Positions 7,404 through 20,247 of a DNA stretch of 64,000 nucleotides are shown here, in pieces. Source of the DNA: Longimicrobiales bacterium. GTDB lineage: Bacteria > Gemmatimonadota > Gemmatimonadetes > Longimicrobiales > Gaopeijiaceae. The position numbers were made by a program, and so were the translations under genes. The stretch covers positions 11,175 through 75,174 of the forward strand of contig CBDANQ010000015.1 of the NCBI GenBank assembly GCA_965197725.1, in the 5' to 3' direction. The notes beneath the pieces are model-generated. The model did no database searches, was not told the origin of the DNA, and saw only the letters and a program-made list of their open reading frames with translations. Position 1 is the stretch's first letter. Every line of letters begins with the position of its first letter.

Positions 7404-9602
7404 ATGGCGAGAGCAAGGCCGAAGACCGAGACGAACAGGGGACGGGACATACTGACCTTCTTCAGCAAGGTGTGGTTTCCCCGCGCCTATGTGCTGGGTG
7501 GCGTCTTCCTGGTCGCTGGCGCAATGGGCGGACTATGGGGCTCCTGGCAGAATATGTGCGCGGGCGCTGGCTGCCCCTCGATCGCACGGATCCGAACGTT
7601 CGAGCACGAGCAGACGAGCAAGCTGTTCTCGTTCGACGGCCGTCAGATCGCCGAGATCGGTTATGAGCGCCGCTCACCGGTATCGATCCACGCGCTGCCC
7701 GAGTACATCCCCCATGCTGTGGTCGCGATCGAGGACAAGCGCTTCTACGAGCACAGAGGCTTCGATCCCATCGGCATCACGCGCGCGGCGTTCGGCGTGC
7801 TCACGTTCCGCAACCTCGGTGGCGGATCCACCATCACGCAGCAGCTCGCGCGCAACCTCTTCGACGAAATCGGCTTCCAGCGCCGATTGGTTCGCAAACT
7901 CAAAGAAGTTCAGGTCGCGCGCGATCTGGAGCGTTCCTATACGAAGGACCAGATTCTAGAGGCGTACCTGAACGAGATCTACATGGGACGCGGGTACGGC
8001 TTCCAAAACGCGGCGCTAAACTATCTAGGCAAGAACGTCACCGACCTCAACGTGGCCGAGGCGGCACTACTGGCGGCGATCCTGAACGTGCCCGCCCGTT
8101 TTGACCCGTTCCGGCATCCGGAGCGAGCCAAGGGTCGTCGCGACCTCGTGCTCACCCGAATGGCCGCCGAGGGATACCTCACGGTGGACGAGGCCGAGCG
8201 CTGGAAGCGCTTTCCGCTGCCAGGAGCGGCGCCGATGGGGACCGTGACGTCCGTCGCCCCCTACTTCGAAGAGTGGGTGCGTCAGATCCTGGACGACCGC
8301 TTCGGAGACGAAATCTATCGGAGCGGGCTGCGCATCTTCACAACGCTCGACATCGATATGCAGCGAGCGGCGCGTGTCTCGATGGAGGAAGGATGGGCGG
8401 CGATCGAGGCGGACACCGTCAACTTCAAGCACCCCCACTTCTCCGAATTCGATACCGTGCCCGACTTCCCGGGCTCGACGCCATACCTGCAGGGCGCTTT
8501 CGTCGCTCTCGATCCGGTCACGGGGCACGTGAAAGCGATGATCGGCGGTCGCGACTACCAGCAGTCCAAGTTCGACCGGGCCCGGCTTGCACAGCGCCAG
8601 GTGGGCTCCGCGTTCAAGCCGTTCGTATACACGGCGGCGATCGCGAGCGGGATTCCGGCGTCGCACGTCATTGTCGACTCGCCAGTCGTATACCCCCAGG
8701 TGAGCGGCGAAGACTGGCGCCCCGCGAACTTTGGTAACGAGTTCCGGGGACCCATGACGCTCCGAGAGGGGCTGTTCACGTCGACGAACATGATCGCCAT
8801 CAAGCTCGGCTGGGAAGAAGTGGGCATCGAAACCGTGGCGCAGACCGCACGCCGCATGGGGATCCAGACCGAGATCGAGCGCTTCCCATCGACGACGATC
8901 GGGGCCACGGAAGTCATTCCGATCCAGGTCGCCGAGGCGTACTCGACGTTTCCGAACCTAGGCACCAAGGTCCGGCCGTTTCCCATCATCCGCGTAGAGG
9001 ACTCACAGGGGAACGTGCTCTGGGAGCCCCAGCCCGAGCGCACACAGGTTCTCGACAGCCTCGTCACGCGCATCATGGTGTCGATGCTCGAGGACGTGGT
9101 CGTGCGCGGCACTGGCTACAATGCCATTCGTGTCCGGGGGGAACTCCCCTATGCGGTTCCCGCGGGCGGCAAGACCGGCACGACCAACGACGGTACCGAC
9201 GTCTGGTTCAACGGATTCACGCCGAACATGGTCGCGACCGTATGGTTCGGCATGGACTCCCCCATCCCGATCTTCGAATTGGGACCGGGCAAGCGCCAGG
9301 CGACGGGGGGCGGGCTCGCCGCTCCGATCTGGGGCGCGTTCATGCGCCGCGTGTACGCCGGCGACGAGGGCGACGAGGAGAACGGCGTGGAAGCTCGGCC
9401 TCCCTTGCTGTCGACACCGGACCGCATACCGCTGCTTCCCGGGCTGAACACCGTTCTCGTGGATCGAAAGACCGGAAAGCTCGCTTCGCGCTGGTGCGAC
9501 GAGGAAAATCAGTACCTCGAGTACTACATCCCGGGTACGGAGCCCACCGAGTTCTGCGACCGGTCGGACAGGCGCTTCAGGGTTCCTCGCATCGGCCGCT
9601 AG
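7404..9602 (+). CDS. Class A penicillin-binding protein (PBP1A family, transglycosylase/transpeptidase)
   Basis: N-terminal TM anchor. Transglycosylase motifs EDKRFYEH, GGSTITQQLARN and RKLKE. Transpeptidase motifs SAFK, STN and KTGT. Confidence 0.95.
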   Translation: MARARPKTETNRGRDILTFFSKVWFPRAYVLGGVFLVAGAMGGLWGSWQNMCAGAGCPSIARIRTFEHEQTSKLFSFDGRQIAEIGYERRSPVSIHALPEYIPHAVVAIEDKRFYEHRGFDPIGITRAAFGVLTFRNLGGGSTITQQLARNLFDEIGFQRRLVRKLKEVQVARDLERSYTKDQILEAYLNEIYMGRGYGFQNAALNYLGKNVTDLNVAEAALLAAILNVPARFDPFRHPERAKGRRDLVLTRMAAEGYLTVDEAERWKRFPLPGAAPMGTVTSVAPYFEEWVRQILDDRFGDEIYRSGLRIFTTLDIDMQRAARVSMEEGWAAIEADTVNFKHPHFSEFDTVPDFPGSTPYLQGAFVALDPVTGHVKAMIGGRDYQQSKFDRARLAQRQVGSAFKPFVYTAAIASGIPASHVIVDSPVVYPQVSGEDWRPANFGNEFRGPMTLREGLFTSTNMIAIKLGWEEVGIETVAQTARRMGIQTEIERFPSTTIGATEVIPIQVAEAYSTFPNLGTKVRPFPIIRVEDSQGNVLWEPQPERTQVLDSLVTRIMVSMLEDVVVRGTGYNAIRVRGELPYAVPAGGKTGTTNDGTDVWFNGFTPNMVATVWFGMDSPIPIFELGPGKRQATGGGLAAPIWGAFMRRVYAGDEGDEENGVEARPPLLSTPDRIPLLPGLNTVLVDRKTGKLASRWCDEENQYLEYYIPGTEPTEFCDRSDRRFRVPRIGR

Positions 9603-9603
9603 C

Positions 9604-10935
9604 TCAGAGAGAGACCACGCCGTGTAGGTCGACCCGGTGAGAGACGAGCTGGCGTAGCTCGGGGCCTCCGCCGACTTCACCCACCGTCACCGCACGGCGC
9701 ACCAGCTCCTGGCCCGTGCGTGCGCCTTCGGCGTCCGTGGCATGCACGGTCGCAAGCCGGTCTCCGGTGGACACCTCGTCACCCGGCTGCACGTGTATTT
9801 GGAAGCCGACGCTCAGATCCGGCTTCTGATCCATGTGTGTGCGCCCGCCGCCGAGCGCGACAACCCCTTGCCCGAGCATCCTCGGTGCGACCTGGAGAAC
9901 AGTGCCCCCGCTCGCCGCCACCACGTCGGTTCTCTCGGAAGCCGTCTCGAGTCGGGCGGGAGCATCGATCACGCGCGCGTCTCCGCCCTGGGCTTCCACG
10001 AGGCGGATCAGCCGCTCGAGCGCGGCCCCCGAGTCGAGGGCCGACTCGACACGCGACAGGGCAGCTTGCTCAGCGACGGTCGGCTCCGCAAGCCGCAGCA
10101 TTTCGACAGCCTGGAGTTGCACGATCGCACGGAGGTCGGCCGGCCCCTCGCCCCTGAGGAACAGGATCGCTTCGGCCGTCTCGAGGGCATTCCCGATCGC
10201 GTACCCTAGCGGGCGGTCCATCGCGGTGAGAAGCGCCACGGTCGGCAGACCGCGCCCCACGCCGATACCGACCATCGTCTGCGCTAGCTCGATCGCCCGA
10301 TCCTCTTCCGGAACGAACGCCCCCGCGCCGACCTTGACGTCGAGCACCAGCCCGGTAAGCCCTTCCGCGAGTTTCTTGCTCATGATGCTCGCGGCGATCA
10401 GCGGGCGGATCGGGACCGTCGCGGTCACGTCCCGCAGTGCGTAGAGACGCCGGTCGAGGGGAGCGATCTCGGCGGTCTGCCCGATCATCGCACAACCGAC
10501 TTCTTGCAGGACGCACCGGAATTCGTCTAGCGACAGATCTGTCCGAAATCCCGGGATCGCCGCGAGCTTGTCGAGCGTGCCCGCGGTGTGGCCCAAGCCG
10601 CGGCCGGACATCATGGGCACAAAGATGTCCAGCGCCGCGACCAAAGGAGCGAGTGCGATGGAAACCTTGTCGCCAACGCCGCCCGTGGAGTGCTTGTCGA
10701 TGCGAGGACCCGCCAGGTGGCTCAGGTCCAGCACGGTCCCCGACTCGAGCATGGTGCGCACGAAGACTTCGGTCTCTTCCGCGTCGAGGCCCTGATGGAA
10801 TGCAGCCATCAAGAAGGCGGACATGTGGTAGTCCTGGACCGAGCCCTCGAGGAAGGCGCCCAGGAAGGCCTCGAGGGTTCTCCCGTCCACCGCACCGCCA
10901 TCGCGCTTCTGTTCGATGACCCTGCTCGGGATCAT
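9604..10935 (-). CDS. Thymidine/pyrimidine-nucleoside phosphorylase
   Basis: DKHSTGGVGDK, MSGRGLGHTAGTLDKL, LYALRDVTATV, SIMSKK and LDVKVGAGAF. Confidence 0.95.
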   Translation of the reverse strand: MIPSRVIEQKRDGGAVDGRTLEAFLGAFLEGSVQDYHMSAFLMAAFHQGLDAEETEVFVRTMLESGTVLDLSHLAGPRIDKHSTGGVGDKVSIALAPLVAALDIFVPMMSGRGLGHTAGTLDKLAAIPGFRTDLSLDEFRCVLQEVGCAMIGQTAEIAPLDRRLYALRDVTATVPIRPLIAASIMSKKLAEGLTGLVLDVKVGAGAFVPEEDRAIELAQTMVGIGVGRGLPTVALLTAMDRPLGYAIGNALETAEAILFLRGEGPADLRAIVQLQAVEMLRLAEPTVAEQAALSRVESALDSGAALERLIRLVEAQGGDARVIDAPARLETASERTDVVAASGGTVLQVAPRMLGQGVVALGGGRTHMDQKPDLSVGFQIHVQPGDEVSTGDRLATVHATDAEGARTGQELVRRAVTVGEVGGGPELRQLVSHRVDLHGVVSL

Positions 10936-10971
10936 GACGGTCCGCCCCCCGCCCCCCTTCTGATCACCCTC

Positions 10972-11217
10972 CTAGCCAGCGAAGCGCTTCCTGGCCCCTT
11001 CGATCGCGTCGTCGACCTTGCCTTTCACCTCGTCGGCGAGGTCGTCCCAGCGGTCGGTCGCGGAATCTCGCAGGGTGAGGGCGCTCTTCTTGATGCGCCG
11101 GCGCGTACGGTGGCCCGACTGCGGAGCTGCGAGCAAAGCAACGCCGGCGCCAATAACCGCTCCGAGCAGCAGTCCCGAAATGAAGTTGATGACCTGCGTC
11201 TCGTGATCGTATTCCAT
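10972..11217 (-). CDS. YtxH domain-containing protein
   Basis: FISGLLLGAVIGAGVALLAAPQSG...TR is the YtxH signature. GGAGGAGG RBS before ATG 11217. Confidence 0.85.
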   Translation of the reverse strand: MEYDHETQVINFISGLLLGAVIGAGVALLAAPQSGHRTRRRIKKSALTLRDSATDRWDDLADEVKGKVDDAIEGARKRFAG

Positions 11218-11292
11218 GTTCCTCCTCCGGTCAGCGGACCCGCGTTGTTGTATATTAGCCCCGCCAAGCACCAGTAACGAGACGGGAGGACG

Positions 11293-11829
11293 ATGGACGC
11301 ACCGGCCACGACGCCCCGGGAAATCGCGGTTCCGATCTCGGTCTTCGGTTCTCTCCGTAACGAGCTCGAGAAGGAGGCCGGGGCGCTTCCGACGATTCAC
11401 GCGCTTCACCACGCCGGTTACGAAGCTGGTGCGGCTGCAGCGGCTTCCTTCGCGGTGGGTGGCGACGTCACCAACATGGAGCAGTCGGCGTTCTGGGCCA
11501 GGCTCTCGGAGTTCTTCTCCCGGAGGGGCTGGGGAACGCTCCATCAGAGCGCTGAGCACGCCGGCATCGCCCTTCTCTCTAGCCCAGACTGGGCCGAGGC
11601 TTCACCCGATGCGGGCGACTCGGAAGCGAGCTGTTGCTTCAGTACCGGGTTCCTGTCCGGCCTGCTCTCCGAGCTGGCGGGGGGCCCGCTGGCGGTTCTG
11701 GAAGTCGACTGCCGCGCGCGCGGCGACGAGCAGTGCCGCTTCGCGTTTGGATCCGAAGTCGCGATCCACGACCTCTATGGCTATTTGCTCGATGGGACCG
11801 ATCTGGAAGGCGCGCTCGCCGCTTTGTAG
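11293..11829 (+). CDS. Stand-alone V4R (4-vinyl reductase-like) domain protein
   Basis: GWG, CCFSTGFLSGLLS and EVDCRARGDEQCRF form the V4R C...E.C...C signature. GGGAGG RBS. Confidence 0.85.
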   Translation: MDAPATTPREIAVPISVFGSLRNELEKEAGALPTIHALHHAGYEAGAAAAASFAVGGDVTNMEQSAFWARLSEFFSRRGWGTLHQSAEHAGIALLSSPDWAEASPDAGDSEASCCFSTGFLSGLLSELAGGPLAVLEVDCRARGDEQCRFAFGSEVAIHDLYGYLLDGTDLEGALAAL

Positions 11830-11841
11830 CGGTGTCGTCCG

Positions 11842-12270
11842 GTGCGTGCGCTCGGTATCGATTACGGCCTAAAAAGGATCGGCCTGGCCTTGAGTGACCC
11901 GACCGGCACGATCGCGTCTCCGCTCGAGACGCTCGTGCGCCGAGCAGACAAGCGTCCGCCGATCACGAAACTCGAGACGATCGCGCGGGAGAGGGACGTT
12001 GAGCACCTCGTCGTCGGTCTACCCCTCGGCCTCGACGGAAATGAAACTGCGTGGTGCGGGGAGGTGCGCTCCCTAGGTCAGCGACTCGCCGCGCGCCTTT
12101 CCCTGGAGGTGTCGTTCGTGGACGAGCGCATGACGTCGGTGCGAGCTGAGCGCGCGGTCCGGGCCTCGGGCTTGCCCAAGCGCAAGCGTGAGGACAAGCG
12201 CCGCATCGATGCGGCAGCCGCCCAGTTGATCTTGCAAGCATGGCTCGACCAGCGGACCGTGTCACCATGA
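11842..12270 (+). CDS. ruvX: Holliday junction resolvase RuvX / pre-16S rRNA nuclease YqgF
   Basis: LGIDYGLKRIGLALSD, VVGLP, VDERMTS and IDAAAAQLILQ. Confidence 0.95.
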   Translation: MRALGIDYGLKRIGLALSDPTGTIASPLETLVRRADKRPPITKLETIARERDVEHLVVGLPLGLDGNETAWCGEVRSLGQRLAARLSLEVSFVDERMTSVRAERAVRASGLPKRKREDKRRIDAAAAQLILQAWLDQRTVSP

Positions 12271-13295
12271 GCCTGAAGCGAGTCGCCGCTTGGGGCGTCC
12301 TCGCCGGCGTGTTCGCTGTGGGCGGGTGCGGCGGCGAGCCAGGCGCGCCTGTTCAGATCACTGTCCCCCAGGGAGCTACGCTCTCCGAGGTCGCGGATAC
12401 GCTCGTCGCGCGCGGCGTGATCCGAGCGCAGCGGATGTTCGAGCTGTACGCCCGCTTCCGCGGAGACGACCGGCGCATCAAGTCGGGCATGTACGAGCTG
12501 CCGACGTCTAGCTCGTGGGGTGACGCGCTCGAGCACCTCACGCTGGGCAGGGTCCTGACCCGGCTCGTCACGATTCCGGAGGGCTTTCGCCTGCGCCAGA
12601 TGGCGCCGCGGATCGCGGAGATCACGGGCATAGCAGTCGATTCCGTCGTCGCACTCATGGAGACCGCCGGTATCGAGCGGCGGCTGGGAATCCCGGGGCC
12701 GGGCGCCGAAGGGTACCTCTTCCCGGATACCTACCGCTTTGCTCCCGGTGTTGCCGTGGAATCCGTGCTCAATGCGATGGTGGAACGGTACGAAGCGACT
12801 TGGACCGAGGAACGACGAGCCCGGCTCGCGCAGCTCGAGATGTCCGAAGCAGAGCTCGTCACGCTGGCGTCGATCGTTCAGGCAGAGGCTCGCGACGTGG
12901 GAGAGATGCCCAGCATCTCCGCGGTCTATCACAACCGGCTGCGTGACGGGTGGCTGCTGCAGGCCGACCCCACGGTGCTCTACGCCCTGGGAGGCCGACG
13001 GGTACGACTACTGTACGCCGCGATCGATTCCGTCGCCGACAGTCCGTACAACACCTACGCCCAGCCGGGTCTTCCGCCCGGGCCGATCGGCGCGCCAGGT
13101 GAGGACGCGATCGACGCTGCGCTTAACCCCACCGAAGAGGACTTCATGTACTTCGTCGCCCGGCCCGACGGGTCTCACCACTTCACGCGAACACTCGCCC
13201 AGCACAACCGGGCCAAGGCCGATGCCCGCCGCGAGTGGGACAAGGTCAGGGCCGGGACCGACCCACAAGGCGGATCCGACCTCGACCCGGAATAG
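12267..13295 (+). CDS. mltG: Endolytic murein transglycosylase
   Basis: TIPEG, EGYLFPDTY, LASIVQAEA, LQADPTVLY, SPYNTY, GLPPGPI and YFVARPDGSHHF. Start ATG 12267 overlaps the ruvX stop. Confidence 0.95.
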   Translation: MSLKRVAAWGVLAGVFAVGGCGGEPGAPVQITVPQGATLSEVADTLVARGVIRAQRMFELYARFRGDDRRIKSGMYELPTSSSWGDALEHLTLGRVLTRLVTIPEGFRLRQMAPRIAEITGIAVDSVVALMETAGIERRLGIPGPGAEGYLFPDTYRFAPGVAVESVLNAMVERYEATWTEERRARLAQLEMSEAELVTLASIVQAEARDVGEMPSISAVYHNRLRDGWLLQADPTVLYALGGRRVRLLYAAIDSVADSPYNTYAQPGLPPGPIGAPGEDAIDAALNPTEEDFMYFVARPDGSHHFTRTLAQHNRAKADARREWDKVRAGTDPQGGSDLDPE

Positions 13296-13311
13296 CCCAC
13301 GCGCAAACGTC

Positions 13312-13965
13312 GTGACGGACACGAGCGACTCCAGTGCGTTACGCGAAGCGCTTCGCGTGCTCGTCGTCGTGGAGGCCGGACTCGCCGCACCCCGGTCGGT
13401 GGTCGAGGTCGTCCGGGCTGCCGTGGCCGGCGGCGCGCGGGCGATACAGTTGCGCAACAAGGGTGACACGGCACGTGAACTCGTGGCTGCCGGCGAACGA
13501 CTGGCTCCGCTTCTGAAACAGGCCGGCGCGTTGTTCTTCATCAACGACCGGCTCGACGTCGCGCTCACTGTAGAGGCCGATGGAGTGCACGTAGGCCCCG
13601 ACGACCTGCCCGTGGCTGCCGTCCGTGCCACGGCCCCGAAGCGATTCTTGATCGGGCGGTCCGCGGACGACCCGCACGTAGCGCGGCGCGCGGTCACGGA
13701 CGGAGCGGACTACATCGGGTGCGGGACCGTGTTTCCGACGTCGACCAAGCCAGACGCCGGGGACCTCATCGGCGTGGAAGGGCTACGCCGCGTAGTCGAA
13801 GCGGTACCAGTGCCTGTAGTCGGAATCGGCGGAATCACCGTGGAGCGGGTGCGCGACGTCGCGGAGGCCGGTGCATCCGGCCTAGCGGTGGTTAGCGCGG
13901 TGATGCACGCCTCTGACCCGGCGTCGGTCGTGCGGACCATGCTTCAACGCTTTGGAGGCGCGTAG
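13312..13965 (+). CDS. thiE: Thiamine phosphate synthase
   Basis: IQLRNK, INDRLDVA, DGVHVGPDD, GADYIGCGTVFPTSTK and GIGGI. Start GTG 13312. Confidence 0.95.
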   Translation: MTDTSDSSALREALRVLVVVEAGLAAPRSVVEVVRAAVAGGARAIQLRNKGDTARELVAAGERLAPLLKQAGALFFINDRLDVALTVEADGVHVGPDDLPVAAVRATAPKRFLIGRSADDPHVARRAVTDGADYIGCGTVFPTSTKPDAGDLIGVEGLRRVVEAVPVPVVGIGGITVERVRDVAEAGASGLAVVSAVMHASDPASVVRTMLQRFGGA

Positions 13966-14784
13966 CTACAAGCCCCCCTCTGCGAGCAGCTTCTCGACTT
14001 CGGCCGCCTCGACGAAGAAATCGCCAAGCGCTGTGCCCGCGTCGGGTGTATGCCAGTCCGAACCGCCACTCATGAGCAACCCGGAGGATCGGCAGATACG
14101 CTCATAGCGAAGCATGTCATGGCGCTTGTGTGACGGTCGGTACACCTCCAGGCCACGCAGGCCGGCACGCACGAGCTCCGGCAGCAACGGATCGACCAAA
14201 TCTCCAGGTGGATGGGCCCAGATGGGAAGTCCATCCGCTTCGACAATCAGCTCGACGGCGTCCACCGGTGTGAGCAGGTGCGTCGGAACGAACGCGTCGC
14301 TGCCGTCGCCGATGAGGGTTTGGAACGCCCCCTGGACCGACGCGACGTGGCCGGCTGCCACCAATGCTCTCGCCAGGTGGGGTCGACCGATCACAACACG
14401 GTCGGGGCCTGCCTCGCCCTCGACTTGCTCGAAGGTGATCTCTATGCCGCTCGCGGTGAGTCGCTCCACCATCTCATGCATGCGCTCGTCGCGCCGGCTG
14501 GTCGCTCGCGCGCGGTGCGCGATGATCGCGGGCGCCTCGGGATCGACGAAGTAGCCGAGCACGTGCACATCACGGTCGCGATGCGTGGAGCTGACCTCGA
14601 GAGCGGGAATGACTTGCACTCGCACTTCTGCTCCAACGGCGGACGCGGTCGCGAAGGCCGTCGTCGTGTCGTGGTCCGAGACCGCGATTACATCGAGCCC
14701 GCCCTTCGCCGCTCCCCGCACCACGGCCTCGGGCGACCAAGCGCCGTCGGAAGCAGTGGTGTGGATGTGAAGGTCGAGCTTCAT
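13966..14784 (-). CDS. PHP domain phosphoesterase (TrpH/YciV-like)
   Basis: DLHIHTTASDG, SDHDT, HVLGY, GRPHLARAL, AHP and GGSDWH. Confidence 0.9.
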   Translation of the reverse strand: MKLDLHIHTTASDGAWSPEAVVRGAAKGGLDVIAVSDHDTTTAFATASAVGAEVRVQVIPALEVSSTHRDRDVHVLGYFVDPEAPAIIAHRARATSRRDERMHEMVERLTASGIEITFEQVEGEAGPDRVVIGRPHLARALVAAGHVASVQGAFQTLIGDGSDAFVPTHLLTPVDAVELIVEADGLPIWAHPPGDLVDPLLPELVRAGLRGLEVYRPSHKRHDMLRYERICRSSGLLMSGGSDWHTPDAGTALGDFFVEAAEVEKLLAEGGL

Positions 14785-14813
14785 GCGGAGGGTCCGTCAC
14801 TCACGAGGGGAAT

Positions 14814-15134
14814 TCAGCCCTCGACGTCGTCCGCGAACACGATCGCTTCGGCTGGAATCCGCTGGGGCGGCTCGTCACCCGCGTACTCGGTCAGCAGCGT
14901 CACCCGGTCGCGCTCGACCTTGAGCACGCCGGCGGCCACGTAGAACGAGTCACTCCCCCCACCCGGCCGGTCGATCTTCATCTCACCGGCTCCGATCAGC
15001 GTCAACATGGGGGCGTGTCCTCGCAGGATCCCGACGTGGCCATCCCACGCCGGCGCCACTAGCGCGGACGCCTCGCCCTCGAAGACGATGCGATCCGGGG
15101 AGACCACACGAACCTCTAGCATACCGTCGGCCAC
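14814..15134 (-). CDS. atpC: ATP synthase F1 epsilon subunit (short form)
   Basis: VVSPDRIVFEG, GILRGHAPMLT, and position directly after atpD. Confidence 0.93.
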   Translation of the reverse strand: MADGMLEVRVVSPDRIVFEGEASALVAPAWDGHVGILRGHAPMLTLIGAGEMKIDRPGGGSDSFYVAAGVLKVERDRVTLLTEYAGDEPPQRIPAEAIVFADDVEG

Positions 15135-15137
15135 CAG

Positions 15138-17451
<2,314 letters not shown>

Positions 17452-17478
17452 GTCGTCTCGTCCTCTCAGTTGGCGCGG

Positions 17479-19044
17479 CTAGGCCGAGGCCGCAGCCGCG
17501 GAGTGTTCGGCCGCGAACGCCTCGTTATAGCTCTCGATCGCGGCAACGAGCCGCTCGTTGAGCTCTTCATCCATCCCGCCGCTCTCACGCACCTCGTCGA
17601 GCACGTCCTGATGCTTGGCGGCCATGTCCTGGTGGAAGCCGAGCTCCCACTGGCGGACCTTCTCCACCTCGAAGTCGTCGAGAAAGCCGTTGGTCACGGC
17701 GTAGATCACCGCGACCTGACTTTCGACGGGCATCGGCTGGTATTGGGGCTGCTTGAGCATCTCAACGGTGCGTGCGCCACGAGCCAGTTGGCGCTGTGTC
17801 ACGGCGTCCAGGTCGGATCCGAACTGAGCGAACGCCTCCAACTCACGGTACTGCGCGAGGTCGAGCCGCAGACGACCGGCGACCTTCTTCATTGCCTTGA
17901 TCTGCGCCGCACCACGCACGCGCGACACCGAAATACCGACGTTCACGGCGGGCCGCACTCCCGAATAGAACAGATCGGGCTCGAGGAAGATTTGACCGTC
18001 GGTGATCGAGATCACGTTGGTCGGGATGTAGGCCGCAACGTCGCCACCCTGCGTCTCGATGATCGGCAGCGCGGTCAGCGAGCCGCCACCCTGGTCGTTT
18101 GAAAGCTTGGCCGCGCGCTCGAGCAGCCGTGAGTGGAGGTAAAACACGTCCCCCGGATACGCTTCACGTCCGGGAGGACGGCGGAGGATCAGCGAGAGCT
18201 GGCGGTACGCCTGCGCTTGCTTCGAGAGGTCGTCGTATACGACGAGCGTGTGCTTGCCCTGCCACATGAAGTGCTCAGCGAGCGCGGTGGCCGCGTACGG
18301 GGCGATGTACTGCATCGGCGCGGGATCGGACGCGTTCGCGGTAACGATGATCGTGTACTCCATCGCGCCGTGCTCCCGCAGCGTCTCCACCACACTCCGC
18401 ACTTTGCCAGCTCGCTGACCGATGGCGCAGTAGATGCAGATGACGTCGGTGCCCTTCTGCTTGATGATCGTGTCGACCGCCACGGCGCTCTTGCCGGTAC
18501 CGCGGTCGCCGATGATCAGCTCGCGCTGACCACGGCCGATCGGGATCATCGAGTCGATCGCCTTGAGGCCCGTCTGCAACGGCTCGCTGACGGGCTGCCG
18601 CTTGACGATGCCCGGCGCGACGATATCGATCTGGCGCGAGCCTTCGATGCCGTCGATCGGCCCCTTCCCGTCCTGCGGGTTGCCGAGCGAATCGACGACG
18701 CGGCCCAGGTACCCAGCACCGACGGGCACCTCCAAGACACGACCCGTGCGCCGCACCTGATCGCCCTCGTGCAGCCCGGTCCACTCACCCATGATGACGG
18801 CGCCGATGTTGTCCTCTTCGAGGTTCAACGCGAGCGCCGTCACGGTCTCTCCGGTGCCTGCTGCCGTGATCTCGAGCATCTCCGACGCCATCGCCTTCGT
18901 GAGTCCGTAGATGCGGGCGATCCCGTCCTTCACTTCGAGGACTTCACCGATCTCTTCGGCCTGGAGGTCCTCTTCGTACTTCTCGATCTCCTTGAGAAGG
19001 ACGTCTTTGATCTCGCTGGCTCGGAGCTGGGAGTCGTTGGCCAT
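17479..19044 (-). CDS. atpA: ATP synthase F1 alpha subunit
   Basis: [40 protein letters not shown] and [11 protein letters not shown]. Start ATG 19044. Confidence 0.98.
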   Translation of the reverse strand: MANDSQLRASEIKDVLLKEIEKYEEDLQAEEIGEVLEVKDGIARIYGLTKAMASEMLEITAAGTGETVTALALNLEEDNIGAVIMGEWTGLHEGDQVRRTGRVLEVPVGAGYLGRVVDSLGNPQDGKGPIDGIEGSRQIDIVAPGIVKRQPVSEPLQTGLKAIDSMIPIGRGQRELIIGDRGTGKSAVAVDTIIKQKGTDVICIYCAIGQRAGKVRSVVETLREHGAMEYTIIVTANASDPAPMQYIAPYAATALAEHFMWQGKHTLVVYDDLSKQAQAYRQLSLILRRPPGREAYPGDVFYLHSRLLERAAKLSNDQGGGSLTALPIIETQGGDVAAYIPTNVISITDGQIFLEPDLFYSGVRPAVNVGISVSRVRGAAQIKAMKKVAGRLRLDLAQYRELEAFAQFGSDLDAVTQRQLARGARTVEMLKQPQYQPMPVESQVAVIYAVTNGFLDDFEVEKVRQWELGFHQDMAAKHQDVLDEVRESGGMDEELNERLVAAIESYNEAFAAEHSAAAASA

Positions 19045-19057
19045 CTTCTGGTTGGTC

Positions 19058-19651
19058 CTAGGTATTGGGATCGGATCGGGCGTCGGCGGGACCGCCGGCC
19101 GCTGCGGGCAAACGCGCCCCCAGGAGTCGACGACGCATGCCGTCAACGCGCCTGCGGATCGATCCGTCGTAGATCGTGTCACCGGTGCGTACGACGAGTC
19201 CCCCGAGGATCTCCGGCTTAACCCGGACGTGGGGGATCACTCTTGTTCCGAGCGCACTCGAGAGTCGCTCCGAGATCAGTTCTTTGGTGGCGTCATCGAC
19301 CGGACGCGCCACCGTGACCTCCACGTGTTCCCGACCGAGGTGGCCGTCGAGCAGGAGGTCGTACCCTTGCGAAACCTCGCGGAGAAGCCGCTGGCGGCGC
19401 TTGTCGATCGTGACCATCACGAAGTTCACGACATGCTTCGGCAACACTTCGCCGAATACGCGGCGCACGACCGCTTTTTTTTCTTCGTCCTCGATGCGCG
19501 GCGTCTCGAGGAACAACCGGAACTTCGGATCCTCGTCGATGACGCTGGCGATTGTAGCGATCGCGGCGCCGTACGTCTCGAGCCCGTCGTGGCGACGCGC
19601 CAGCTCGAAGAGCGTCGCCGCGTAGTTCTTGGCGACGGTTTCGTCTCTCAC
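19058..19651 (-). CDS. atpH: ATP synthase F1 delta subunit
   Basis: [27 protein letters not shown], and operon position. Confidence 0.95.
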   Translation of the reverse strand: MRDETVAKNYAATLFELARRHDGLETYGAAIATIASVIDEDPKFRLFLETPRIEDEEKKAVVRRVFGEVLPKHVVNFVMVTIDKRRQRLLREVSQGYDLLLDGHLGREHVEVTVARPVDDATKELISERLSSALGTRVIPHVRVKPEILGGLVVRTGDTIYDGSIRRRVDGMRRRLLGARLPAAAGGPADARSDPNT

Positions 19652-20247
19652 GCCTGCGCTCCGGAAGCGTCCCCTAGCTCGTCCAGATAGCGTTCGACGA
19701 GCTCGCGGTCCTTGGCCTGATCGAGACTCTCCCGCATCAGCCGCGACGCCACAGCCAGTGCGAGCTCCACCGACTCCCTTCTGAGCGCTTCGAGCGCCGC
19801 GTCGCGCTCACGCTCGATCTCGACGCGGGCCCGCTCCACGATCGCCTGCCCCTCGGCGCGGGCCTTCTCCTCGATCTCCCTGCGCACGTTCTCGCCCGCG
19901 CCCTTGCCTTCGGCGATCAACTCGTTGGCCTGCCGCCGCGCGTCCATGAGCTGCTCGCGGTGCTGCTCGAGCAGACCCGCGGCCTCCGCATTGTGTCGGG
20001 CAGCCTCGTCGAGCGCGGCCTGGATACCCTTCTCTCGCGCGTCGACCGCGGCCAGGATAGGGCCCCAGGCGTACTTAGACAGAATCAGCAGCAAGCCGGC
20101 GAAGACGAACAGCGTCCATACGCTTAGGCCGGTGTTGATATCGAAGAGGCCCCCACCACCTTCCTCGCCTCCTCCCTGGGCCCAAAGCGGGCCCGGCAGC
20201 GCGGCGAGAAGCGAAAGCGTGACCGGCAGAATCGGAGTGGCTCTCAT
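19648..20247 (-). CDS. atpF: ATP synthase F0 subunit b
   Basis: WTLFVFAGLLLILSKYAWGPILAAVDAREKGI followed by a long coiled coil. Start ATG 20247 after GGAG. Confidence 0.95.
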   Translation of the reverse strand: MRATPILPVTLSLLAALPGPLWAQGGGEEGGGGLFDINTGLSVWTLFVFAGLLLILSKYAWGPILAAVDAREKGIQAALDEAARHNAEAAGLLEQHREQLMDARRQANELIAEGKGAGENVRREIEEKARAEGQAIVERARVEIERERDAALEALRRESVELALAVASRLMRESLDQAKDRELVERYLDELGDASGAQA

